Positions 37,187 to 46,352 of a stretch of 64,000 nt of DNA are shown piece after piece. Numbering within the stretch: the first letter of the stretch is position 1; each line of letters starts with the position of its first letter. Under the pieces are notes generated by a model that was not told the DNA's origin, searched no databases, and saw only the letters and a list, made by a program, of their open reading frames with translations. The DNA is from Eledone cirrhosa (lineage: Eukaryota), in the NCBI GenBank assembly GCA_964016885.1, contig OZ024743.1, forward strand, positions 294,190,001 through 294,254,000, read 5' to 3'. The position numbers and the translations under genes were made by a program.

Positions 37187-40100
37187 TGATGTTGGTTAAC
37201 TGGAAAGTCCGTTGGATTGAATATCAAGCCACTACCTGCAGCCTCAGATATTCAGGACGTATCGGAGGGTTCTTGCCGTTCCAAGCAAGCATGCCTTTTG
37301 AAGCGTTCCAAAAAGCGTGAAGGGGCCGATTTTCTTTAACCATCCCTGGAAACCTTTGGAGATAGTCCCCAGTGCGCCTATGACAATCGGGATCACTTTG
37401 ACTTCATGGCAGTTCCAAATCCTTTTCACCTCCCACTTTAGGTCCTGGTATCGGTTAATTTTCTCCCTCTCCTTCTCTTGCACTCTCGTGTCGAACGGGC
37501 AGGCCACATCCACAATCAGGCACGATCTTTTTTCTTTGTCCACAACCACCAGGTCAGGTCTATTGTGTTCCAGTTTTTTGTCCGTCTGTATCCTAAAATC
37601 CCACAGCACCTTCACCTGACTGTTCTCCATCACCGCCTCTGGCCTATGCTCATACCATTTCTCAGAATGTGGTAGATTGTTTACTTTGCACAGGTGCCAG
37701 TGGATCACCCTGCCCATCACATCGTGTCTCCAGCCCTTATAGTGGGTCTGGGCTAGGTGTTTACACTCGGACACAATGTGAGCCACAGTCTCCTCTCTCT
37801 CTCCACAGATCCTGCACAGTGGGCTAGCCTCCTCCTTGTAGATATGGTGCTTCAACCACTTCGTTTTGAGGGCCTGCTCCTGCGCAGCCATTAGCATTCC
37901 TTCTGTAGCCTTTTTGAGGTCTCCTCTTCTCAACCAGTTCCATGTCTGTGGATCTCTAAATTCAGTTTTCTCAAAGAAGGTACTATGAAGGGATTTTCCC
38001 TTAAGGCTGCTCTTCCTCCTTGATGTTATTTCCTCCTTGGGTATCCCCTGGCCTACTGTCTCCTCCTTCAGTACAGCTCTGAGCATTGGCTCCTTACTAT
38101 AGGTCACGTATTTGTATAGGTTGTTTTTCTCCATCCGAACACAGTCCTCTATGCTGATAAGACCTCTTCCACCCTCAGATCTCCTTAGGTAGAGTCTATC
38201 GACATCACTCCTCTTGTGGAACATGTTGTAGATAGTCAATAGCTTCCTAGTCTTCCTATCCATTTCTTTTTGTTCAGCAACATTCCATCTCAGGATTCCC
38301 GCACTGTACCTAATAATAGACACAGCTCGGGAATTTACTGCGCTTATGGCATTTCTGCTGTTCAGATGTGACTTCAATACGCTCCTTACTCTCCGAATGT
38401 ATTCAGTTCTTAACAATTCCTTCATTTTTTTGTTCTTTATGCCATCAGCCTTCAGAACGCCCAAATACTTGTATCCTTCCTCAGAGTCAATTTCCTTTAT
38501 CATCTCACCTGTTGGTATCTGGATCCCGTTACTTCTGCTCAACCTACCCCTCCTCATCACAATGACTCCACATTTACCAATACCAAACTGCATACATATA
38601 TCACTGCTGAAAATACGGACAGTGTCAACAAGCACATCCAACTCCTTCTCACTTTTCCCGAAGAGCTTAAGATCGTCCATGAAGAGGAGGTGATTGATGG
38701 TAAGCTCTCCCCTTCCCAACTTGTATCCTGCTCTCACTTTTCGCAGCATAATGGTCAAGGGCATCAGGGCAAGGACAAACAACAGAGGGGACAGGCTATC
38801 TCCCTGGAAGATACCTCTCTTGATCTTCACGCTTCCCAAGGATACTCCAGTTGATGTCAACTCTGTCTCCCAGGACCCCATACTCCTGCCCAGCAACTGT
38901 CTGATGTTATCTGCCACCCTGAAGATCTCCAGGCTTTTGGTGATCCAGGAATGAGGCACCATGTCAAATGCCTTTCTGTAGTCTATCCATCCCATGGCAA
39001 GATCAGTGTGTCTCCTCCTGCAATTCCCCATTACCATCTTATCAATAAGCAACTGGTCCTTTGTACCACGTGACTTCTTTCGGCATCCTTTCTGTTCGTC
39101 CGGCAACAAGTTGTTTGTGTGGAGGTGATGGTAGATTTCCTCAGACACAATGCTCGTCAACAGTTTCCACATTACGGGCAGACATGTGATAGGTCTATAG
39201 TTGGTAACATCATTACCCTTGATTCGGTCTTTCATTATCAGAACTGTGGTACCTTTTGTCAACCACTCTGGCACCTCACCCGACACCAAGCAGTCATTGA
39301 GCATGGCCGTCAGCTTCGGGTGGAGGGATGTTAAATGTTTAATCCAATACCCCTGCACACCATCTGGGCCTGGTGATTTCCAGTTGGTTAGTTTTTTGGC
39401 TTGCCCCTTAAGAGTTTCAACTGTGATACTCAAATCAGTCTGTTGCTGTGCCTGCTCACCGATCTCCCTCTGTACTGTCTCAATCCACCCTGCCTGGGCA
39501 TTGTGTCTAACATCCTGCTCCCATATTCCTCTCCAGAATGTTTTAGCCTGTTCCGCCCCAGGGATCAAGTCGTTGCCTCTTTCTTTCCCCTCAAGCTGTC
39601 CAAACAGCATCTTCTGGTTGTTGTCGAAAATGCGGTTCTGTTTATACTGACTGACTCTGTTCTCGTATCGCCTGATTTTGGCACTCTTTGCTACAATGCG
39701 TTGCTTCAATTCCTCTATGATAATATTTAGCTTTTTACTCCTAGTTTTGTATTTTATTTCCAGTTTATTTTTAGTGCCTATGTTTTTTAGTGTCCCATTC
39801 AGTAGTGACTCAAGCTTTCCTATGTCATTTCTCATTTCCCCGATTTGCCCACTCAGTCGCTTCTTCCACCACGGCTCTGCTCTTTCTTGTCTGTTGTTTC
39901 CTCTCGCTTTTATACCAAGTAGTTTCCTCACCGTATTTGCTGTTGCTTTGAGGATATTGTTGCACTGGTGAAGACTCCTCGCCTCAAGGTATGGGATGAC
40001 TTTGTTTACCTTAGCTGTTGTTTCTTTTAACTTTTTCCTGTCTACAAATCTTAGGTTCATAGGTCTCCCACTATCATTGTTCAACTCATCTACCACTAAA

Positions 40101-40244
40101 TTTAGGATGTCAACCGAATCTTGTCCTAGCCCGTCAGCATTCATCTCCTCAGTGGCCGTATCTCTGTTCCAGGTATTATTTATCTCAGTATTCAGATCAT
40201 TGTCTGCTTCGGGTGGTTCCTCCGTTCTCAGGACCTCCTCACCT

Positions 40245-40246
<2 letters not shown>
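37170..40246 (-). mobile_element. R4/Dong-clade element, 5'-truncated, catalytic domains intact
   Basis: Single ORF with RT and PD-(D/E)xK RLE; (AAT)n at both ends. Confidence 0.95.
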
Positions 40247-40276
<30 letters not shown>

Positions 40277-40285
40277 GAATGCCAT
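37244..40285 (-). CDS. R4/Dong-type reverse transcriptase + restriction-like endonuclease
   Basis: 1013-aa open frame: WKSPGPDG, NYRPITCL, IDYRKAFD, QGDSLSP, FMDD, YKYLG, CRICGEREETVAHIVSEC, RHD, RPDLVVVD..IVDVACP..EK. The ATG lies inside the adjacent Tx1 5' end. Confidence 0.92.
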
Positions 40286-40490
40286 GGTTGACGGAGGCTC
40301 GGCTCTGTAAGGTATAGTAATTTTTAACCGTTAAAACAATTGTAAATTGTTTAAAACTTGAACCAAATTGTTGATAAAGACACCCTCCTCCTCGTGAGAG
40401 GGGTCTTTCTGTCCGTTATTTGGCCCTTCGGGGTTAAATAACCAGTTATTGGGGTTTTGTACCCAATATTCATTTTAAACAAAAAACAAC

Positions 40491-42587
40491 ATGGCTACGA
40501 AAAAGAAATTTCATACGTCACTCCCACTCATTCCGTCTTCTTCTTCCTCAATCATCACTACAGCAGAGAGAAGATTGTCTCTCTCCCTCCCTTCTTTAAA
40601 TGTGTCTCTCTCCCTCCCTTCTCTTTCGCAAGCGACGAAAGAAAAGAAAAGTCTCGTGCAAAGCGTGCAAGGTTTCTCCACGACGACGACGACAGCGACG
40701 AAACAGGTGTGCGGGAAATACGAAAACCCAGTTCATTCGTCTGACGTCAGGAATAATAGCAGTAGCAGCCGTAATAACAACAGCAACAGTGACAATGAAA
40801 ACAACAGTAGCAGCCGCAACAGCATCACCAGCAGCATAAACAACAACAGCATTAGCAGCAGCAACACCAACAACAACCACAGCAACAGCGGCGGAGGCAG
40901 TAGTCGTAGTACCTGCAGCAACAACAAAAGTACCAGCAGCTCTGACGACAACAACAACAGCAGAGAAAAACCAATCTCATTTGCAGGTATTGCGAAAAAC
41001 TTGGAAACAATCCTCATAACAAATGAGGAATTAGAGGAAGCGAAGAAGATGGTGACAAAGAACGGACACCGAGCAATCTGCAAGGCAGCGGAAAAATTTG
41101 TCAAAACCCAAGAGCACTGTACGGTCACGTACCGTACAGTAAGTACAAAATCCCGTAGGGTGGAAAGAGCCACAGAGGCCCAAATACAAAAAGCCTTGGG
41201 GTCTGTGTGGCAGAGGAAAACGCACATCACCCGAGGCAAAAAATACGCCACCGTAGACGTACTTTTTGCCACACCCCAGGAGGCAAAGGCCCAATCAGTA
41301 GTGACCCTAAGGAGCGAGGAAATGGTGTTGGTGCCCTCCTACTGCGGGCAAAAAATTGTGAGGGTCAAACTGACCCACGTCCCCCCCGGAATGACCCCTT
41401 CTTGGCTGGCCGCGTCTGTCCTCGTCGGAATCGAGGACAAAACAACTGTACTGCAAGTACAGAAAAAAGTAAGAGAAGATTGGGTCGGCTCCTCCATTGA
41501 GATGCTAATCCAAACCAACCAGGAGTGCATCGAAGCTATCCCGGATGTGATAGACTTCGATAACGGCACTCAACTGCCCATAAGTGTTGAGGGCAAACGC
41601 CCGAAATGCTTTCGCTGTGGATCGAAGACTCACCTCAGGGCCTTCTGCAACGAGAAGACCCTGAGAAAGGAGAAAACCCCCCTCCTCCCGAATCCGGTTC
41701 CACGGCTACCAGCAACAGGACAAGCGGCAACCAGGAACGATAGGTCCGTGGCACCCATACCCACTCCACGGAAATCAAAGACAGCAGCAGCAGTGGAAAT
41801 ATTAACAACAACAACAGCAATACCAAATGCAGCTGCAACAGAGACTCCAGTGCAAACATCACCAACAACAACAAGTGAAAGAGTGGAGCTGGTACCCCTC
41901 CCCGACCTTACAGAATCAGACATGGAGTGTGAGGTGGGAGAGGGATGGCAAAAGGTCTCAAGAAGGCACAAACGCAGAAGCAGCGCATCGTCGCCTTTGA
42001 AAAGGGAGGAAAGAAATGAGAAAAGGGTAAAGTCTACTGCAAAGAGACCCACAGCAGCAACACCACCAACACCATCACCACCCACACCAGCACCACCATC
42101 ACCACCGGCGACAACCCCACCGCCAACAACACCTTCAACACCACCACCACAAGCACCAACATCGCAAACACAACAACAAAACACACACACCCAGCAACAA
42201 CGACAAGAAAATAGCAGAACCACACCCCACCCCCAGAAAAACAAATGCACGGCAATAAACACACACAACAAGAAACTAATGACTTACATAATTGAACACA
42301 CAGACATTTCACAACAGGACTACATAATACCAGCACCAATCAAAACGCCAACTAACATAAGACTGCTAAAAATAGCACAGAAACAATACACAAACATTAA
42401 AACGAAATTCCCCAACGCAGTTGGTGATTTCAGGGACCTAGGAGGAACCATTAATCGAAGAGTATATTCAGACATTCTCTTAGAAGAGCCGACGACCAGC
42501 CGAAGGGACGATTCAACGGTCCCTTCACCAGACGATCAAGTGAAAAGGGATGTAAAAACCATCCCTCCTCTACCAAAAATACGGTAA
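40491..42587 (+). CDS. Tx1 ORF1p (gag-like, single CCHC zinc knuckle, S/N- and P/T-rich arms)
   Basis: 698 aa; CFRCGSKTHLRAFC. Confidence 0.9.
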   Translation: MATKKKFHTSLPLIPSSSSSIITTAERRLSLSLPSLNVSLSLPSLSQATKEKKSLVQSVQGFSTTTTTATKQVCGKYENPVHSSDVRNNSSSSRNNNSNSDNENNSSSRNSITSSINNNSISSSNTNNNHSNSGGGSSRSTCSNNKSTSSSDDNNNSREKPISFAGIAKNLETILITNEELEEAKKMVTKNGHRAICKAAEKFVKTQEHCTVTYRTVSTKSRRVERATEAQIQKALGSVWQRKTHITRGKKYATVDVLFATPQEAKAQSVVTLRSEEMVLVPSYCGQKIVRVKLTHVPPGMTPSWLAASVLVGIEDKTTVLQVQKKVREDWVGSSIEMLIQTNQECIEAIPDVIDFDNGTQLPISVEGKRPKCFRCGSKTHLRAFCNEKTLRKEKTPLLPNPVPRLPATGQAATRNDRSVAPIPTPRKSKTAAAVEILTTTTAIPNAAATETPVQTSPTTTSERVELVPLPDLTESDMECEVGEGWQKVSRRHKRRSSASSPLKREERNEKRVKSTAKRPTAATPPTPSPPTPAPPSPPATTPPPTTPSTPPPQAPTSQTQQQNTHTQQQRQENSRTTPHPQKNKCTAINTHNKKLMTYIIEHTDISQQDYIIPAPIKTPTNIRLLKIAQKQYTNIKTKFPNAVGDFRDLGGTINRRVYSDILLEEPTTSRRDDSTVPSPDDQVKRDVKTIPPLPKIR

Positions 42588-42622
42588 GTGGTCTTTCCCA
42601 TCTTTTCCACTCTATTTTAAAC

Positions 42623-45600
42623 ATGACCTCACTCAGAATAGGCAGCATAAATGCGCGTGGCTTGGGGTCGTCATGGAAGCAGGGTCACCTGCTCAACGAC
42701 CTCAGGTCACTAAACATAGATGTAGTGGCCATCAGCGAGACCAGAATCTCCGAAGCACGGGCCTTCGCACCGATCTTCGGCGGCTACGATGTGTACGCAT
42801 CTCCCAGCCGTCCTGGATCGGGTGGAGGAGTTGCTGTGCTTTTTCGGAGAGGTTTGGATCTCGCCATACGGGCCATCTTCCTGGACCCAGAGGGTAAGCT
42901 GGTGGTGCTGGACGTGACCAGCGGAGACGGGCAAGCTTTCAGGCTAGTGGCCGTCTATGCCCCGACAGGAGCAGGGCGGCCTGATTTCTTCCGGCGTCTG
43001 GAGACCTTTCTTGGAACGTCGCGCTCTTTAGTGTTAGTGGGCGACTGGAACGGGATCTTAGATGCACGCTGGGACTGTGTGGGATTAGCGGATAGGGGTG
43101 GAGGGTGCAAGAGCCTCACCAACCTGCTCAGGCGTTTTGAACTGTCTGACAGGTACCGATTGGATTTCCCGAATGTGCCAATGTGGACTTGGACAAACCG
43201 CATAGGGTCATCCAGATCATATCTAGATAGAGTATTTTGTAGGGAAATAGATAGGTCTAGCATAGGCTGTCCACAATTCAAGATAGTCAGCTACACGGAC
43301 CACAAATTCGTGATCTGTGTGCTTGACTTAGATAGGCTTCATAGACGAGGACCCGGCTACTGGAAGCTAAACGCGTCCTTACCAGCGCGCAAGGCCTACA
43401 GAGACCGGATTAGCGAACTAGTTAAGCGGGCGTTGACGGGGGCCATCGTCAACAACAAGTGGTGGTTTGCTCTGAAAAGAGCGATTAGAATAGAATCGAT
43501 TAGGTTTAGTAAGGCTTTAGCAATAGAGAAAAATAGAGCAGAGGGAGAACTAGTTAGAAAATTAGACGAGGCGCTTAGCAAAGGCATTGCGACCGACGTG
43601 CTTGCGGCGAAATTGGCCCTTGACCAATTCTTCAATGCAAAGCACGAAGGCTGCGTTGTCAGAGCTAGGGTGCGTGCTCTCAGACACGAGGGGACGAAAG
43701 CCGTTCAATGGGCCCGAGTGGCGGAGGCGCGTCGTGGCAACAAAGCCACGATCCGGTCTTTGGTGGACCACGACGGGCGCATGCTACTCGATCCCGGGCA
43801 AATGTGTGAAGCTTTTCAGCGACACTTCGCTCAGCTGTTCGGGGGCAGCGGGGGGCCGGGTAGAGGGATGGACTTTAGTGTCTACCTCGACGGACTGCCG
43901 CGGCTCTCGGCCACTGAGGCGAAGTGTTGCGAAAAGCCGATAACAGCCGCTGAAGTAAGGGAGGCAATAACTGGCTGCACAAGGGGTAAATCGCCTGGTT
44001 TGGATGGTCTGCCCTATGAACTTTACGTACAGATGCCAGACTTGTTCGGAGGCCTCTTGGCGGACGTCTACTGCAACTGGCAACAGAACGGGAGAATTCC
44101 CAGTTCTGTGAGCCGAGGAGCGGTGGCACTGCTGAGAAAGGATCCGAACAAGGGGGATAACATAGACAATTTCCGGCCCATAACTCTGCTAAACACAGAG
44201 TTTAAGATTTTGGCCAAGGTGCTAGCAAAGAGGTTGGCGCTTGTCGTTGGTGGTCTGGTGGGAGAGGCGCAGACATGCGCCATTCCCGACAGATCCATCC
44301 ACGACAACCTCCACCTCATGCGATACATCGTAGAGAGGGTAGCTAGGGAACCTGGCACGGGTGGGTCCTTGATCAATTTAGATCAGTCGAAAGCTTTCGA
44401 TAGGGTCGACCATCGTTACCTAGCGGCAGTCCTGAGGGCGGCTGGCTTTGGGCCCGTCTTCAGAGGCTGGATCGCTGCCATGCACAGCGACATCTGCTCT
44501 GTGGTGAGAGTGAACGGTCACCTGTCGGAACCGTTCAACATCATGCGCTCGGTCCGCCAAGGATGTCCCCTCTCGTCCCTCTTGTACGTATTGACTCTCG
44601 AGCCATTACTGCACAAACTGGAGACGTTGAGGGGAGTCCCGCGCGAACTAGGATGCGGAAGATCCGTGTCAGCATATGCGGACGATGTCACCGTAGTGGT
44701 GTCGAACGCCAAACACATCGAGGCGATCGGCACTACACTAAGAGAATACGAAGCGGTGACAGGAGCAATGATCAACCAGGAAAAGTCAGTGGGCCTGCAG
44801 CTCGGCACCTGGAGAGGCAGGTCCATGCCGTCCAACAGCGTCGTCGGGCGCTGGACGGACGGACCGGTTAAATTGCTAGGGGTCTGGTTCGGTCCGGACC
44901 TCCAGACGGACAAAAACTGGGACGAGGTGACGAGCAGGGTGGCTTCTCTCACCCAGAAATGGGCGGAGAGGAAGCTATCCCTGAAAGGTCGAGCGGAGGT
45001 GGCTAACGCGTACATCGCGTCTGTCATCTGCTACCGCCTAACCGTCGTACCTTGTCCTAAGCCTCGCCTGACTGCGCTGGAGCGTTTGCTCTTTCGCTTT
45101 TTGTGGAAGGGACGTGCTCCGATGGTCAGGCGGTCCATCTGTTGTCAACACCCGCTACGTGGAGGGCTGGGCATGCCGTGGCTGATGATGCGCAGGCACG
45201 CGCTCAGGCTACGACATCTCCACCTCTTCCTCGACGGTGATCAGGTGTGGTCGCCGTTTGCTAGACGCGTTTTTCCCCAGCTCGTTTCCTTGACGGAGCT
45301 GCAGTCCTGGGTCAAGCGAAGACCGAGAGGGAGCGCCTGGAGACTGGAATGTCTTCAGGCGCTCACAGCCCTCGACCAATCGGGCAATGTGATCGGTGGA
45401 AACTCCACCTCGGCGTTCTATAGAGGATTAGTGGAGGGGAAGAGCGACGACGTACTTGGGGAAACTCTAGGCGTCGACGAAAATCAACTAGCCAATCTCT
45501 TCGGAAGAACTTTCGGGCCAGGGCCTATGGACAACTTCCAGAAATCTCTGGCCTGGCAGTGCTACCGAGGAGCCTTGCCAGTTCGGGATAAACTCTACAG

Positions 45601-46042
45601 GCATGGAGGTGCCGTCAGCCGGGCATGTCCGAGATGCGCGCAGGGCGACGAAACCGTCCTGCACGCACTCGTCCAGTGTCCGAAAATTGCTGACTTGTGG
45701 GTTTATGTCGAACACCTGCTGTCGCGTTTAGGACGGATCCAGCTATCATCTGAGTCCATCGTGAGGATTGCCCCGCCCTCCTCCTTTAGCCGGGAAGGGC
45801 AGGCAGTTTTTATCTGTCTGGTGGCCATGGCGAAAGAGATAGTATGGTGGACACGTTTGAAAGGGCTGAAGACGAGCACTTACCTCTTCGGTGATGCTCT
45901 GATTGACTTTTTCAAATTTCATTTGAAAAGGAAAATCAGAGTAGAGAGGGAAGTGCTCTCTTCCCAGCATTTTGTTGAAAGATGGGTGAGAGAAGCAAGA
46001 ATGGCCCGAGTGAATGGGCCGACTCTGAGTATATATCTGTAA
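42623..46042 (+). CDS. Tx1 ORF2p: APE endonuclease + RT + C-terminal Zn finger
   Basis: 1139 aa; SINARGL, ISET, VYAP, GDWN, SYLDR, TDH; KSPGLDG, FRPITLLN, DQSKAFD, RQGCPLS, AYADD; CPRC..ETVLHALVQC. Confidence 0.96.
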   Translation: MTSLRIGSINARGLGSSWKQGHLLNDLRSLNIDVVAISETRISEARAFAPIFGGYDVYASPSRPGSGGGVAVLFRRGLDLAIRAIFLDPEGKLVVLDVTSGDGQAFRLVAVYAPTGAGRPDFFRRLETFLGTSRSLVLVGDWNGILDARWDCVGLADRGGGCKSLTNLLRRFELSDRYRLDFPNVPMWTWTNRIGSSRSYLDRVFCREIDRSSIGCPQFKIVSYTDHKFVICVLDLDRLHRRGPGYWKLNASLPARKAYRDRISELVKRALTGAIVNNKWWFALKRAIRIESIRFSKALAIEKNRAEGELVRKLDEALSKGIATDVLAAKLALDQFFNAKHEGCVVRARVRALRHEGTKAVQWARVAEARRGNKATIRSLVDHDGRMLLDPGQMCEAFQRHFAQLFGGSGGPGRGMDFSVYLDGLPRLSATEAKCCEKPITAAEVREAITGCTRGKSPGLDGLPYELYVQMPDLFGGLLADVYCNWQQNGRIPSSVSRGAVALLRKDPNKGDNIDNFRPITLLNTEFKILAKVLAKRLALVVGGLVGEAQTCAIPDRSIHDNLHLMRYIVERVAREPGTGGSLINLDQSKAFDRVDHRYLAAVLRAAGFGPVFRGWIAAMHSDICSVVRVNGHLSEPFNIMRSVRQGCPLSSLLYVLTLEPLLHKLETLRGVPRELGCGRSVSAYADDVTVVVSNAKHIEAIGTTLREYEAVTGAMINQEKSVGLQLGTWRGRSMPSNSVVGRWTDGPVKLLGVWFGPDLQTDKNWDEVTSRVASLTQKWAERKLSLKGRAEVANAYIASVICYRLTVVPCPKPRLTALERLLFRFLWKGRAPMVRRSICCQHPLRGGLGMPWLMMRRHALRLRHLHLFLDGDQVWSPFARRVFPQLVSLTELQSWVKRRPRGSAWRLECLQALTALDQSGNVIGGNSTSAFYRGLVEGKSDDVLGETLGVDENQLANLFGRTFGPGPMDNFQKSLAWQCYRGALPVRDKLYRHGGAVSRACPRCAQGDETVLHALVQCPKIADLWVYVEHLLSRLGRIQLSSESIVRIAPPSSFSREGQAVFICLVAMAKEIVWWTRLKGLKTSTYLFGDALIDFFKFHLKRKIRVEREVLSSQHFVERWVREARMARVNGPTLSIYL

Positions 46043-46302
46043 ACTAAAGGTGGAAAACTGGGAGAGGGCACTTGCCTTGGTGGTCAGGGTCATTGTGGCT
46101 TTTTACTGGGCTTTCTCCACAAATGTCCCTCCGAAGTCTCCCCCCTATTGGGGAATTTTTCATTGTTATTTTCATTGTTATTTTTGTTACATCCTCTGTT
46201 TTTGTTTTTTTACACGCAGAAATGCCCATTTGTACCGTCCTGCATTGTCCTGCACTGTCCTTAATGTCTACTTTATGTAAACCCTTGTGGTTAATAAAGA
46301 AA

Positions 46303-46352
<50 letters not shown>

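Larger units (their letters stand above)
40277..46352 (+). mobile_element. Intact full-length Tx1/L1-clade non-LTR retrotransposon
   Basis: 5' UTR, ORF1, ORF2, 3' UTR with AATAAA, (ATT)n tail 46304-46352; preceded by (ATT)10. Confidence 0.96.
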
